A stretch of DNA of 64,000 bases from positions 31,248,001 through 31,312,000 of the forward strand of contig JAGIQG010000009.1 of NCBI GenBank assembly GCA_024679065.1, in the 5' to 3' direction. The notes beneath the pieces were generated by a model, which was not told where the DNA came from, did not search any database, and saw nothing but the letters and a program-made list of their open reading frames with translations. Numbering within the stretch: position 1 is the stretch's first letter; the number at the start of each line of letters is the position of its first letter. This document shows, in pieces, positions 13,075 to 25,789 of the stretch. Origin of the DNA: Sphyrna mokarran (Eukaryota). Position numbers and translations under genes: made by a program.

Positions 13075-13338
13075 CCAATGAAGATGTCTACTGACTGTGA
13101 AAATCCACTAGTCGTCATGCTTTGGCGCCTGTTTGGATACACTGAAGGAGAATTTAGCATGGCCAATGCACTTAATCAGCATGTCTTTCGGATGGTGAAA
13201 GGTAAGTGAAGCTCCTAGAGGAAAACCACGCAGACAGGGGGAAAACATGCAGACTCCACATAGAGTGATCCAACCAGGAATTGAATCCAGGTCCCTGCTG
13301 CTGTGAGGCAGCAGTGTTAACCATTACGCCACCGTGCC
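13075..13338 (-). mobile_element. V-SINE, tail type B
   Basis: Head, V-domain and partial B tail on minus strand. Confidence 0.8.
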
Positions 13339-13882
13339 ATAAAATGGAGATTTCTGTAAATTATAAGTGAGACATTCAGAAGAAGAATTTATTAAAGATC
13401 AATAGAGTTGCCAACTTCCACTTAAGTGGTATTTACATGTAACCACTAATAGCAGCTCCAGTTTTTCATGTATATGTCATTCCAATAGTACTTTCTCATC
13501 ATTGACTGAAAACAGTTAAGTAATGAGGGGATACCTTCACAAAGATTAAATGTTATTTAGCACCATGGCAGAACTTATTTGAGGTGGATATAACTGATGT
13601 GGATTGATTTGTATGTGAAACACAAGATGGACACAAGCTATTTGTTATATTAATGTGTGATGCAGTGAGTAGTATTCAGAATTATCATTCTCAGTTTCCT
13701 ATCAGAGTTGGCATTGGAAAACAACACTTACTTTCAAGGCTGAACAACTGAAATCATCAGCCGAAAAGGACCACTCAGCAATCAACTTGTATATGGTGAA
13801 TAAGTGCTCTAAATAGTGCTGAGTCAGATTCCGGAGTAGTTCAATGACGAAGAATGATTTGACAGCAAATAATTGATTGAGG

Positions 13883-14200
13883 CAGGTTATCACTGCTGCC
13901 TCACAGTACCAGGAACCTTGGTTCAATTCCGCCCTTGGGTGACTGTGTGGAGTTTGCATATTCTCTCCTGTATGCATGGGTTCCCTCCAGGTCCTCTGGT
14001 TTCCTCCACAGGCCAAAGAGGTTAGGCGGATTGGCTGTGTTAGATTGCTCCTTAGTGTCCCAAAGTGTGTAAATTAGGGAGATTAGCAGAGTAAGAGCAT
14101 GGGGTTACAGCAATAGGACCTGAGTGAGGTGCTTTGTTAGAGAATTAGTGCAGACTTGATGGGCCAAAAGGCCGTCTTTTGCACTGTAGAGATTCTATGA
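13883..14200 (+). mobile_element. HE1-like V-SINE, tail type A
   Basis: ggttcaattcc B-box, V-domain, ends gcactgtagagattctatg. Confidence 0.85.
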
Positions 14201-14515
14201 TGATGCTATAGGCCCTTATATAAATTATAATTTAACTTATTTCCAGCACACATCAGGGACAAGGTGAATCTGATCTAGTATTGGGAGGCACTGCACTTCC
14301 AGCCCAACCTATAATGTGTGTGCACTGTTGGTCAGATGAAACACTTTGCCTGCAAGAAATTTCTCAGCCCTGTTTAAAATATTATTGCAAGAGATGCTTA
14401 GTTTTCATACTTATTCTCAATTTATTTAGAGTTTTTTCTTTGCATTCTGCACAACTCCTTTATCCTAATCCATGATATAATAATTGCTTCATCAAATTTG
14501 TTTTATTTCTTTTAG

Positions 14516-14594
14516 TGATGCAGGATAATGGAGGAAACAGAAGACTGAGGCAAGAGATTCCAATCAATGAAACAGTTAACCTTCAGCATGGACA
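14516..14594 (+). other. Exon-like segment, 79 nt
   Basis: Acceptor ttgttttatttcttttag, donor ca|gtaaga; open frame MQDNGGNRRLRQEIPINETVNLQHG; protein not recognised. Confidence 0.3.
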
Positions 14595-15051
14595 GTAAGA
14601 CTGCAACTGTTTGCGGGTGATGTGTTGAACACGGTCTTTGATCGTGTCCGAGATTCTTCAGCTGTTAGTTCATACAGATCACTGTCGATAGATGCTTTCA
14701 ATTCAATTGATAAATGTTGGTGTGACTCTTGGTGGCACACTCTGATTGTCCAGCCAGTGGGGACTAATGAATTTTGAATCTGGCCCCCTGGCCTGTGCAG
14801 GGTTCAGCATTGATGATTCTCACTCCTGGGCTCTGACCCGAGAAGCGCTGCTGCTGGTGCATACATTGGCTATTAATCTTTGCAACACTATCTGTCCTCT
14901 CTTGACCAGCTACAACCTGTTATTAATGTCTCAATCATGTCTTCATTACATACAGGCATCATAGAAAGTGAGCTGGGTCGGAGCACTGGCACCTTACGGA
15001 TACATTGCTGAGAGGTTCACACAAGGATAGTTTCCAGGCTCTTTTTGCATT

Positions 15052-15330
15052 GCAGGAGGGAAAGATATGCATATATTGCAATACACCAGAGAGACAGAAT
15101 GATTCAAAGAGGGAGAGAATGATACAAATATATTACAATATTGCATAGGGAGAGAAAGGTAGAAACATATTACAATATAGCAAGGGCAGAAGAGATATAA
15201 ATATATTTCAAAATACTTCAGAGACAGGGAAAAGTATAAATATATCACAATAGTGCTGAGGGAGGGAAACATACCAATATATTACAATATAGCAGGGAAA
15301 AGGAAAGGTACAAAAATATTCCAATACTCG
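15052..15330. repeat. Degenerate minisatellite, about 37-bp unit, about 7 copies
   Basis: Consensus near cagagggagggaaagatacaaatatattacaatatag, e.g. catagggagagaaaggtagaaacatattacaatatag and ctgagggagggaaacataccaatatattacaatatag. Confidence 0.75.
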
Positions 15331-16005
15331 TAATGATATACAGACATACAATTGACACGCCTCTAAGCTGTTTAGAAGTATTCAGTAACTACAATAAGTT
15401 GGCCCCAATATGATCCAAAGAGGAAGTAAATTATCACTCCGCTACAATGCCTGGCCTTTTAAAGACACAGCTTTTCAAACAGCTTCTTACCGGGTGGCCA
15501 TTTTATGTGAGAGGGCTTTCACTTAAACTTCATTCAGTAAAAATGATGGAAATATGGGTTTGGTTTTCAATTTGCAGCCCAGGCACAGTTTGCAGAGTTT
15601 GTGGATTAGCCACCCAGTATGAATATAGTTTCATTTTCATGTCCAATGAAATCAGCGAATATGAAAATGGGACAATTTTAACACACACTGTTGATGGGGC
15701 AGGTTCTCAAAGGGGTGTAAATAATGTACAAAAATTCTGTTCACAGAAACCTGAAACATGAAACATTTTACCCTGACTTCTGGTGTTTGCTGTTCAAGTT
15801 CAAACAGCACTGAAAATTGGGTCGTCCTGCCCTGGTCTCACTCTTTTCTTCAATTTTGTCCCTTGCAGTGTTTACACAGACATAGAGGGGAGAGGAGGAC
15901 ATGCAGACATGCACAGCACCAGATGTGGAAGAGAAAAATTGCAGCAACTGGGATGAGTTGTGCTGCACCGAATGCATATAAAATAGGAAGTGAGGAAGGA
16001 GCCAT

Positions 16006-16590
16006 GATTTTGATTTGATTTCATTCGATTTATTACTTTCACATGTATTAATATACAGTGAAAAGTATTGTTTCTTGAGTGCTATATAGACAAGGCATAC
16101 CATTCATAGAGAAGGAGAGAGTGCAGAATGTAGTATATAACAGTTATAGCTAGAGTGTAGAGAAAGATCAACTTAGTATGAGTTAGATCTGTTCAAAAGT
16201 CTGACAGCAGCAGGGAAGAAGCTGCTCTTGAGTCGGTTGATACGTGACCTCAGAATTTTGTATCTTTCTTCCAACAGAAGAAGGTAGAAGAGAGTATGTC
16301 CAGAGTGCTTTAATAATGCTGGCTGCTTTTCTGAAGCAGTGGCGAGTGTAGACAGAGTCAATGGATGGGAGGCTAGTTCGCATGATGCACTAAACTTCAT
16401 TCACGACACTTTGTAGTTTCTTGCGGTCTTGGGCAGAGCAGGAGTCATACCAAGCTGTGAAACAACCAGAAAGAGTGCTTTTTATGGTGCATCTGTAAAA
16501 GTTGGTAAGAGTCATTGTGGACATATCAAATTTCCTTAGTCTTCTGAGAAAGTTGGCATTGGTGTGTTTTCTTAACTATAGTATTGGCAT
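16006..16590 (-). mobile_element. Rex1/Babar-clade LINE 3' end
   Basis: HSGHTLF..RYKILRSRINRLKSSFFPAAVRLLN; (aaatc)n tail. Confidence 0.8.
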
Positions 16591-17270
16591 GGAGAGATAT
16601 TGAGGGAATGTGATTGAGTAAAGACTAACAATCATGAAGCAAATGGTTCTGATGGGTGCCGTGTAAGAAGCAAGAAAAGCTGATTATGTGCTTGTAATGA
16701 GAATATGATGTGGCATAGTGTAGGCTTGTGCTGGGTGGTAGAGGGAAGGGAATTGTTAAGATTGATGAGTAAAGGGTATTGCTGAGAGCGATGGGGAAGT
16801 GAAGAGCTGTCATTAACCTAACAATCTGTTTAATGCCTCTCTATGTTTTGAGGACTTGGTGTTTTAGGGTGCTCATCCCTCAGTGATTAAAGCTTCCCTC
16901 CACACATGGCCACCTCTAGCAGGTATTCTACTGAAATTCAGGCTTGTTTCCTTGACATCTCTGCTGGGTGATCCCCTATCCATGCAGCAAAATGTAACAA
17001 GGAGCCAGGAGGCAACCTTGTCATTTTCAGATAGGCCCATGGACAACTAGGAATCTCCTTTCTGATGGATTTGAGAATTGAATGGCTTGTTCACTGGAAT
17101 AGAAGGAGAGTTTCAAATTCAAACTATTGCCCAACAAATGCCTAAAGTTAAAGCTGGAACATGGGAAATGAAGAACTGACATTCAGCACTTCAGTTAGGA
17201 CAATATAAATAAATATCTATAAATGCTCAAACGCAAGTGGACAGCTCTCTTTGTAATTTCCTTTTCACAA

Positions 17271-17585
17271 GGGTGGCATATTGGCACAATGGCTAGTACC
17301 ACTGCCTCATAACGCCAGGACCTAGGTTTGATTCACAGCTTGGGTCTCTGTCTGTGTGGAGTTTGCACATTCTCCCGGTATCTGCACGGGTTTCCTCCAG
17401 GTGCTCCGGTTTCCTCCCACAGTCCAAAGACATGCTGGTTGGGTGCATTGGCCATGCAAACTTTTCTCTCAGTGTACTCAAACAGGTGCCGGAGTATGGC
17501 GACCAGGGAACTTTCACAGTAACTTTATTGCAGTGTTAATGTAAGCCTACTTGTGACACTAATAAATAAACTTTAAACTTAAACT
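17271..17585 (+). mobile_element. V-SINE, tail type B (well preserved)
   Basis: Full head, V-domain and B tail ending aataaataaactttaaacttaaact. Confidence 0.9.
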
Positions 17586-18239
17586 AATTTGCTCCAATCC
17601 GAGTGTTAAATTCTTGTTGCAGGATTCCAGAGATTTTAGTCAGTAAATTGTTGTTTTCTCTATATTAAAATATAAATAATTAACTGATATTGAACAATTG
17701 CTTTATTGCTGCTAAAATCCTTCAGTGTTAATTTTAAATGATAGTAGAAGTTGCTAATAACAGAGGCCCAGAGCAATTACAGAAAAGTCTAATTCATTGT
17801 GTTTTTCTTTGTTCCTAACTGCTGCAATGTTGAGATGAAATGTTTTATGAAGCCAGTTTAATTCCCCGTCCTACAGTAAACATTTTAAATGAAACCAATG
17901 GTCTGACATTACAGCACGGTCAGGCTAGCTTGCTGCTGCAAGCCTAAGGGGACTAGTATTCAGCTAAATCCACAAAGGCATAGCCTATGTTTTGCTGGTT
18001 ATGGGGGTATTCTCAGCTGGAATTTTCAACTTGTCACTTCAGAGGAATAGCCGAGCTTCCATTTAACATCTCATCAGTAGGACAGCACGGCCAAGTATCC
18101 ACTCAGGACTGCACTGACATGTCAATTTAGATTTTCAGCTCCGTTCAACAGTGGGGCATGAGTCCACAGCCTTCAAGCTCAGCTGAGGTAAATGTGCTCC
18201 AATCTGAGCTACTGCCTAACAGCTGCAGGATTTTAAGAA

Positions 18240-18558
18240 TTCTTCCATGTGGTTATCAGCATTTGTCACCCATCCATAATTGCCCTTGAACCAAGTGGCT
18301 TGCGAGGCCATTTCAGAGGGCAGTTAAATATCATTCACATTCATGCAAGCCAGATCAGTTAAGGATGGCAGATTTCCTGGAAATTAGTAAACCAGATGGT
18401 TTTTAACAATATTCAACGATTTCTTGCTCACCATTGTAGAGACTAGTTTTTGATCCCAGATTTAAATTTAAACTTAACCAGCTACCATGGTGGGATTTGA
18501 ACTTGTGCCTAAGAGCCTGGGCCTCCTGAAAACTAGGCCAGAGATATGGCCACTGCAA
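18240..18558 (-). mobile_element. tRNA-headed SINE type C
   Basis: Reverse-complement similarity to 8483-8835 (gttcaaatcccaccatggtagctgg, aggaaatctgccatcc, caagggcaattatggatggg). Confidence 0.7.
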
Positions 18559-18842
18559 AACTGTCGAGAATAACTCACTCTGTTGAACTACAAGAGTCAT
18601 TTCACAGTTAAGGTGTGAAACATGCTGTGTAATCTCATGGGAAGGGTCTTTGCCATGAAGAAAATGGGCCACTTATTCATAATTGTGTTTTTATTACAGA
18701 CCTACCCTGTCCACAACCATCAGGAAGGAAGCAGGATAGAAGGTAGACAAACACTGTTTGGACAAGATCCAATAAAAGACGATGGAGAATTTGAAGTTAT
18801 ACTGCCACTACCTTTTAGTATTCTCCAGTTCATGGAATCATA

Positions 18843-18968
18843 GGCCAGAATTTTACCGTCCTGCCTGCTATGGGAGTTGGAGCGGGTGAGAGGCGGACCA
18901 TGGAAATGTCCGTTGACCTTGGGCAGGATTTTACGATTTCAGGATAAGCGAGGCCATAAAATCCCACC
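18843..18968. mobile_element. Short MITE (Harbinger-like TIRs)
   Basis: Imperfect TIRs ggccagaatttta / taaaatcccaccc; relatives at about 10808-10962, 11861-11987, 23559-23687, 62955-63075. Confidence 0.65.
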
Positions 18969-18969
18969 C

Positions 18970-19302
18970 ACAGAATCTCTACAGTGCAGATGCAGGCCAT
19001 TTGGTCCATCCAGTCTTCACTGACTCTCTGATGAGGCATCCAACCCAGACCCTATCCCTATAACCCCATGTATTTGCCCCACTAATCCCTCTAACCTACA
19101 GACCTTTGGCCACAAAGAGGCAATTTAGCATGACCAATCCACATAATCAGTAGAACTTTGGACTATGGAAAGAAACCAGAGTATCTGGAGGAAACCCAAA
19201 CAAACAAAGGGAGAATGCGCAAACTCCACAGGCAGTCACCTAAGGTCACAATTGCACATGGTTGCCTAAGCACTGTGAGGCAATAGTGCTAACCACTGTG
19301 CC
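18970..19302 (-). mobile_element. HE1-like V-SINE, tail type A
   Basis: Head, V-domain, A tail on minus. Confidence 0.85.
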
Positions 19303-19756
19303 AATCAGATACTGCAATCATTCACATTTTGACACCTGCCCTAAACCTTCAAAGCGGGCTAGATATAGAACTCAACAGCTGTATATCTAACTCATAAGAC
19401 TTACAATTTTACCTGTTTTTGGAAACAATGTCTGGATGATTGGCTGTAAATCTTAACCTTACTTTTCCGAAGAAGGACCCCACTACAGTGTCAGACAATT
19501 CATAGCAAGCTACATTAAGCGCCTGATTCGCCCAAGTATCTGGAGAACTTCTAACACTCTGGAGAACTTAATAAATGTACTGGAGGATTGGCCACAGGAT
19601 GAAGCACAGCTACATTGAGCAAATGGATGTGGCATGAGAGGAAGCGCATAGATGTTTTCCAAGCACTGGACCCACGGTTTGATAACAAATGAAAAGAGAT
19701 TAATACCCTATTGGCCTGCCTTCAGACAACAGTTGATGGAATATCAGGAAACATTT

Positions 19757-20045
19757 TAAGTTTAATTTATCACAAGTAGGCTTACATTCACACTGCAGTG
19801 AAGTTACTATAGAAATTCCCTATTCACCATACTCTGGCACCTGTTCAGATACACTGAAGGAGAATTTTTCATGGCCAATGCACCTAACCAGCACATCTTT
19901 TGGACTGTGGGAGAAAATCGGAGCATACAGAGAAAACCAGGCAGACACAGAGATGCTCTGCATAGACAGTGATCCAAGCTGGGAACCAAACCCAGGTGCC
20001 TGGCGCTTTGAGGCAGCAATGCTAACCACTGTGCCACCATGGCAC
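19757..20045 (-). mobile_element. V-SINE, tail type B
   Basis: cacaagtaggcttacatt tail plus V-domain and head on minus. Confidence 0.85.
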
Positions 20046-20459
20046 TTCTATATCTATTGAGTGTCCTTGAGCAGCATTTGAGGAGAAAAATACATAGCAG
20101 TACACTTTTGACATTCCTGCAAAAAGGAATCACTCAAATTTGGTGACAATGAAGCAAGGAGCATTTTTGGTTTTTTTTCAGAGAAAGACTCAAAGTAGTG
20201 AGGGAGCAATCACAAAACAGAATTCTGTCATGACATTTTGGCTGGAACTATTGAGGCATTGAAATTCACTTTACAGAAGTGTCTCATCAAGAGGTCAATT
20301 GAATAAAATAATTGATGGTTGCGTTGCCCAACACTTGGGTTAGGCGGTAGCATAGTGGTCTCCCATTACATCTTGAAGATGATAAAAAATGTTCGCAATA
20401 TGAAAACTAAAATTCTTCACTATTCCTGTGGATTCCATTCTTAATTTGATTGGTTATAT

Positions 20460-20782
20460 CATAGCATAGAATAGAATTCCTGACCTTACAGAAGGAGGCC
20501 ATTTGACCCATTGAGTTCGTACCAACCACAATCCCACCCAAGCCCTATTCCTGTAACCCCACACATTTACCCTGCTAGACCCCTGACACTAAGGTCAATC
20601 TGGCATGGCCAATCAATCTAACCTGCACATCTTTACGCTGTTGGTGGAAACTGAAGCACCCAGAGGAAACACACTTAGACATGGAGAGAACGAGCAAACT
20701 CCATACAGACAATCACCCGAAACCAGGATGATATTTGGGTCCCTTGGGCTGCAAGGCAGCAGTGCTAACCACTGTGCCACCC
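20460..20782 (-). mobile_element. HE1-like V-SINE, tail type A
   Basis: Same family text on minus. Confidence 0.85.
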
Positions 20783-21647
20783 CATATGTTTGTCATTTCT
20801 ATACATAAGCTTGTGCAAGTACAAGCCTGACTTGTGTTCTCATATATTTATTTTAGTGCTTCCACAAAGCACGTCCCCAGTAACTATGGTTGGAAGGTGT
20901 GGAAGGACACTAAGGGCATAAGACAGTGAATGGCCACGAGGAGCTGCAGTCAAAGAGGTTCTGGTCTGCCAGCTTTGTAAGTGGAACAAATGAAACTAAA
21001 TTGAATAGACTGAGGGACAAAGCAACAAGTGCAGCCCCTTAAAGGGGGAGCGAGCGAGACAAAAACAAAGCACAAATGAAACATCAAACTAAAGAGGTCC
21101 TGGCTGCCATTTGCTTGTACTACATCTCAGTGGGGTGGTCTGAGTGGTACCCACAATAACTCTGGTTGAGAGGCTGAAGGACAAACAGCAATGTTATAAT
21201 CATGCCTTTTACACAGCCACAATTTTAATTGCTCCACTATGTGCCTTCAGCTGCCCTAGCTCTGAATTATGGAAGTTCCTCCCAAAACCCTTCCGTTGTG
21301 CCTCAGACATATGGAGGGACGGATATGCCACATTCTATGTCTGAGCAGGAGTTTACAGCTTCCAAAATGTCCACTCTCATGCTTCCAGCTTCTTGCTTTC
21401 AGTTTAGCTTCAGTGTCTCTTTCTCAGTCACCATACCCAGATATAATTAACAGCTTGCAAAACAACAAAGAGGCAATTAAAGACTAAATAACTGAACAAT
21501 TGAAGACTTCATCTTTCTCCCTGGTAACACTAAAATGCTTTACCTTAAATTAAACTGTCATAAAAAAACAAGCATATGTATGTTGAGTTATTCCTGAGAG
21601 TTCAGAGTGTCCATTTGCTCTAAATACACAAATAGTTCTCAGATTGT

Positions 21648-21976
21648 CATAGAATCATAGAAACCCCAGTGCAGAAAGAGGCCATTTGACCCATCAAGTC
21701 TGCACAATCCCACCTAGGCCCCTACTCCCATATCCTTTCAAATTTACCCACTAATTTATGCATCTCAGGACAATAAGGAGCAATTTTAACATGGCCAATC
21801 AACTGAACTCCCATATCTTTGGACCATGGGAGGAAACCAAAGTATCCAGAGAAAAAATCCATACAGACACGAGGAGAACATGCAAACTTCACACAAACAG
21901 CGACCCAAGCCGGGAATCGAACCCAGGCCCCTAGAGCTGTAAAGCAGCAGTACTAACTACTGTGCTACTGTGCCGC
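21648..21976 (-). mobile_element. HE1-like V-SINE, tail type A
   Basis: catagaatcatagaa tail; gggaatcgaaccc is the reverse B-box. Confidence 0.85.
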
Positions 21977-21979
21977 AAA

Positions 21980-24900
21980 TGCAACTTGTGTTTCAATGTC
22001 AGATGATGGTGAATTCTGTAACTTGCTGGGAAACGTGAACAACTGTGGACTATTGTCCTGAGAGATGAGCTTCATTTTGTAAACAGGTTGTCTACAGTGT
22101 CAAAGAGTGAATGGCCATTATGGAATTTGTGGTAGCAATTTCCAGCCAATTATTATGTCGATAATGAACAAGCAAAAATTGTTGATTTCCAGCAGTGTCT
22201 TGCACTTCTCCAAAAGTATCTCCCTGCAGTTGTTACCATGGGTTTGTTGGCTATATGGTCAGCTGTATACAGATAAGGGAACACAATTTAATAGATAGTT
22301 CACCAAGTGCATATGCTACCCAGTTTCTATTGAACTCTTTGAGACAGGAATCAATTTCTGGCCACCAGATTGCTTCACGGGACTGTTGTTTAACCTTAAC
22401 ACATGGATGTCCTTCATAGACAAGATGCGATACACGTTGCAGTAGCATTATTGTACATAGTTGTCATCAAACGATGTGAGTTCATTGTGTACACTGTCGT
22501 AAGGGATGAGTTCTTCCTCTGATTCATGAGGCAGTTTTGGGTACAGGTACAGATACAGGCTTAATTTGTGCAGTACATTATTGCCAACTATGTCTTCAAC
22601 TCCTCTCGTATAACAAGATTTGTGATTGCATGTGAAATCATTGTGATCACGTAGTCTTCAATATCACAAGTTGCAATCACTATCACTAATGTCTGTATTG
22701 GTAGCACAGCTAAACATGTCAGCTACTTGCTTGTGTGGACCTGCAAGACGCCCAAACCCAAAGTTGTACTGATAAAGACATTCTGACTATCTGTAGATAC
22801 ATAGCGATAGTCAACAAAGAAGTCAGCATTTGATCAGAGTTGATAGTGTATCTCTCTCTCTCATAGATATATATATGTCAATGTTCACAAACATGGATGC
22901 AAGGCAATGCTTCCCACTCTCCAATGGAGTATTTGAGTCCAGCTTTCTGCAATAGGTGTGAAGTGTAGAGGATTGGAGGTTCGTTTCCTCTATGTGAGAA
23001 TAAAGCATGAATAGCATTTCCTGACCCATCTGTTGTGATCTCTACTTCAGCACGTGAGATAAAATGTGTGAGGACTGACTGAAGTACTAGCTTCACATTT
23101 AAGATGTCACATTGTTTGCTGTTGATTGTCCATTCACATTGTAGCTTTCGAATAGGCTCTGCAATCTCTGGGTACTTAAGCACAATTTCTGCTGAAAGTA
23201 TTGAGGAACAATGCCAGCCAACTCTTGCACATTAGATGGGGTTGGAAGCACATGAACAGCTTTGACATTGTCATGTAAATACTTTACTCCAGTTGCTGTC
23301 ACTCCAAAGCATAGAAAGGCAATCTTAAATGCCACAAATGTACATTTGTCTGTATTCAGCATCAAATTGTATTGTCCAAGATGAGTGAGCACTGCTGATA
23401 AGCAGTCATTTTGTTCTGCCTTGTCCCTTGCATGGACAGCTACACTGCCTTGTAGATTGAGCATCCCCTTAACATCAGACAAGATTGAAGAAATAATCTT
23501 CATAGGGCATTCCATGATAATAAAACATAACTTTCTGAGTAATGAAAGCTATAAGATATGGGGTGGGATTCTCCAGCTGACCCCGCCCCAAAACTGGAGA
23601 TTCAGCCGTAGGTCTTATGGGCCTTTGTGTGGTCTTCCCCTCACCTGCTATGATTCCCATGGCGGGTGGGACGGGAGAAATCCCCCTGTCAAATTTGTTC
23701 TGCCATTGCTATCTAAAGATAACTCCGTCACTTTCAAAATTAGTGAGGACTGTAGGTAGGAAGTTAATATTATTGTCACATGTACAAATGGTTCGCACAG
23801 CGCCAGGGACCCGAGTTCAATTTCCGGCTTGGGTCACTGTCTGTGTGCAATCTGTATGTTCTCCCCATGTCTGCCTGCATTTCCTCCGGATGCTCTGGTT
23901 TCCTCTTGCAGTCTAAAAAACATGATGGTTAGGTGAATTGGCCATGCTAAGTTTTCCCTCAGTGTACCGGAACAAATGCCAAAGTCTGGCGACCAGGAGA
24001 TGTCTACAGTAACTTCATTGCAGTATTAATGTAAGCCTACTTGTGATACTAATAAAATAACCTATAAACTTTATTTGGGGTACAATGAAAAGTATTATTT
24101 CTTGCAAGCCATACCAAATAAAACATACCATTCATAGATTACATAGGGGAGAAGGAAAGGAAAGGGTGCAGAATATAGTGTTATAGTCATAACTAGGGTG
24201 AAGAGAAAGATTTGAATAATTACTTTGTTGCTGGCCTTAAGGCCCATGCATAGTCTAAGCTCCCCATTTTTGCATTGTGCAATGACTTGGTTCACTGTCC
24301 CTGACACTGTGTCAATACACTCAATCACCATCTGCTTCAAGTTGTGTCACCTCCTGTGACACTAGAGCAGGAACTGCAAATGACAACTGTATCAAATTTT
24401 GTGAAATTGGCAAAATTGATGAGCTAACGTGGAGAGCATGACAATACCCTATAATCACCCCAGACCCACTAAATAAGACAGGATACCAGGCACACAGTTA
24501 GTGGCATCAACTTGTGTCAAGCCTATTGAGAATATTTACCTCCATAAAGCCTTTGCCTTTGGCTGCCTGTCAACGGTGGGTTTTTCTACTCACTGGAATT
24601 ATAATCCTTCTTAAATGGAATAATTAAACGTTGTAAGCTTGAAGATTGTCTGTTTCAAGAAGAAGAAAAAGTTAGAAAAAAACCATTGGAAGAATTTGTC
24701 ATTTAATATTTGAACCAACATGGATGAGAAACAACATTGAAATATTTGAGACTCAACTGAGCATTCCTTAAAATGACCTGATTCTTCAACATGGTGTGTA
24801 CATGCCGTAACTCACTCTTACAAAGAGATTCTTTCATATGTCAAACTTATGCAGTCCTCTTCTTTGATGATCTGCAAACCTTTATGAAGTGACCCCAATT
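21980..24900 (-). mobile_element. Decayed Gypsy/Ty3 pol (RT-RNaseH-integrase order)
   Basis: RT start KNGELRLCMGLK..NKVII (24095-24340), RT end LNTDKCTF..IAFL..KAVHVLPTPSNVQEL (23099-23515), RNaseH TTDGS..YSIGEWEAL (22878-23183), integrase Zn-finger EGHPC..IWWPEID (22251-22448); interrupted by MITE, SINE and Rex tail. Confidence 0.85.
23795..24072 (+). mobile_element. V-SINE tail type B, tail-to-tail with a Rex/Babar tail (24075-24212, minus)
   Basis: SINE text, then acaatgaaaagtatt..aagggtgcagaatatagtg matching 16050-16170. Confidence 0.8.
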
Positions 24901-24904
24901 TAAT

Positions 24905-25315
24905 TTTAAGTTTATTTATTAGTGAATAAATAAACTATTTATTTATTATTTATTTAAATAAATAGATTTACATTAACAATGAAGTAACATTTAAAATTTC
25001 CCAGATTATTCTCGACAGCCACCAGGATATTGCTGCCAATTCAGGGAGGTTCCTGGGTATTCTGGCAGGGATATCTAAATTCCCTAGTCACCATACTCCA
25101 GCGCCTCTTTGAGTCACACTGAGGGAGAATGTAGCATGGCCAATGCATCTAACCAGCAAATCATTCAGATGGTGGGCAGAAATCGGAGCACCTGGAGGAA
25201 ACCCACACCGACACAGGGAGAACATGCAGACTCTGCACAGACAGTGATCCAGCCTGGGAATCAAACCCCAGTCCCTGGCACTGTGGGCAGTAGTACTAAC
25301 CACAGTGCCACCGTG
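24905..25315 (-). mobile_element. V-SINE tail type B interrupted by a 90-bp non-SINE insertion
   Basis: Tail (24905-24990) and body (25076-25315) are collinear around an inverted copy of 25697-25789. Confidence 0.8.
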
Positions 25316-25789
25316 CAGTCCCAGGAGTTACAGGTTTTCCCTTGAGCTGAATATAGTATAGTGTATTAATGACTGCTTTTGTAATTTAATCAACTTTTTG
25401 CAGCTTTCTGATGATAGGCTAATGACATCAAATGTATATCATTCAATTATCACATTTATCTTTTGCTCAAGGTATTTTTCAAGAGCACTTTCCTGACATC
25501 TTCAGTGAACTGCTCGAATATCCACTGACTTTATTCTCCGAGACAATGTGCAATTATTACTTTCTTGTGGATCACTGCTAAGTCCAAACTGTCCATCCAC
25601 CTAGCAAACATGTAGGTCGTAAATCCCGAAATCCAACAATCGCGTAGTGCGGGTGGATCTGGTAGTGAAGAAAGGAAAGGTGCCAGAGAGGGTTTGTTAT
25701 CCCTGCCGGAATACCAGGAGTCTCTTTGAATCGGCAGCAATGTCCCGGTGGCCATCGAGAGCAATCTGGGAGATTTTTAAGTATTACTT
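24983..25789. repeat. Inverted repeat pair 1 (24983-25074 / 25697-25789)
   Basis: cccagattattctcgacagccaccaggatattgctgccaattca vs reverse complement cccagattgctctcgatggccaccgggacattgctgccgattca; about 80% by eye. Confidence 0.85.

Noticed and set aside
15052-15330. CRISPR-like periodic array
   Set aside because: Whole units are homologous with no unique spacers, there are no cas genes and the context is eukaryotic; it is a minisatellite.
17293-17544. Recurrent small protein family (HCLCGVC..GFPPGAPVS) in many ORFs
   Set aside because: Translations of the V-SINE core on either strand.
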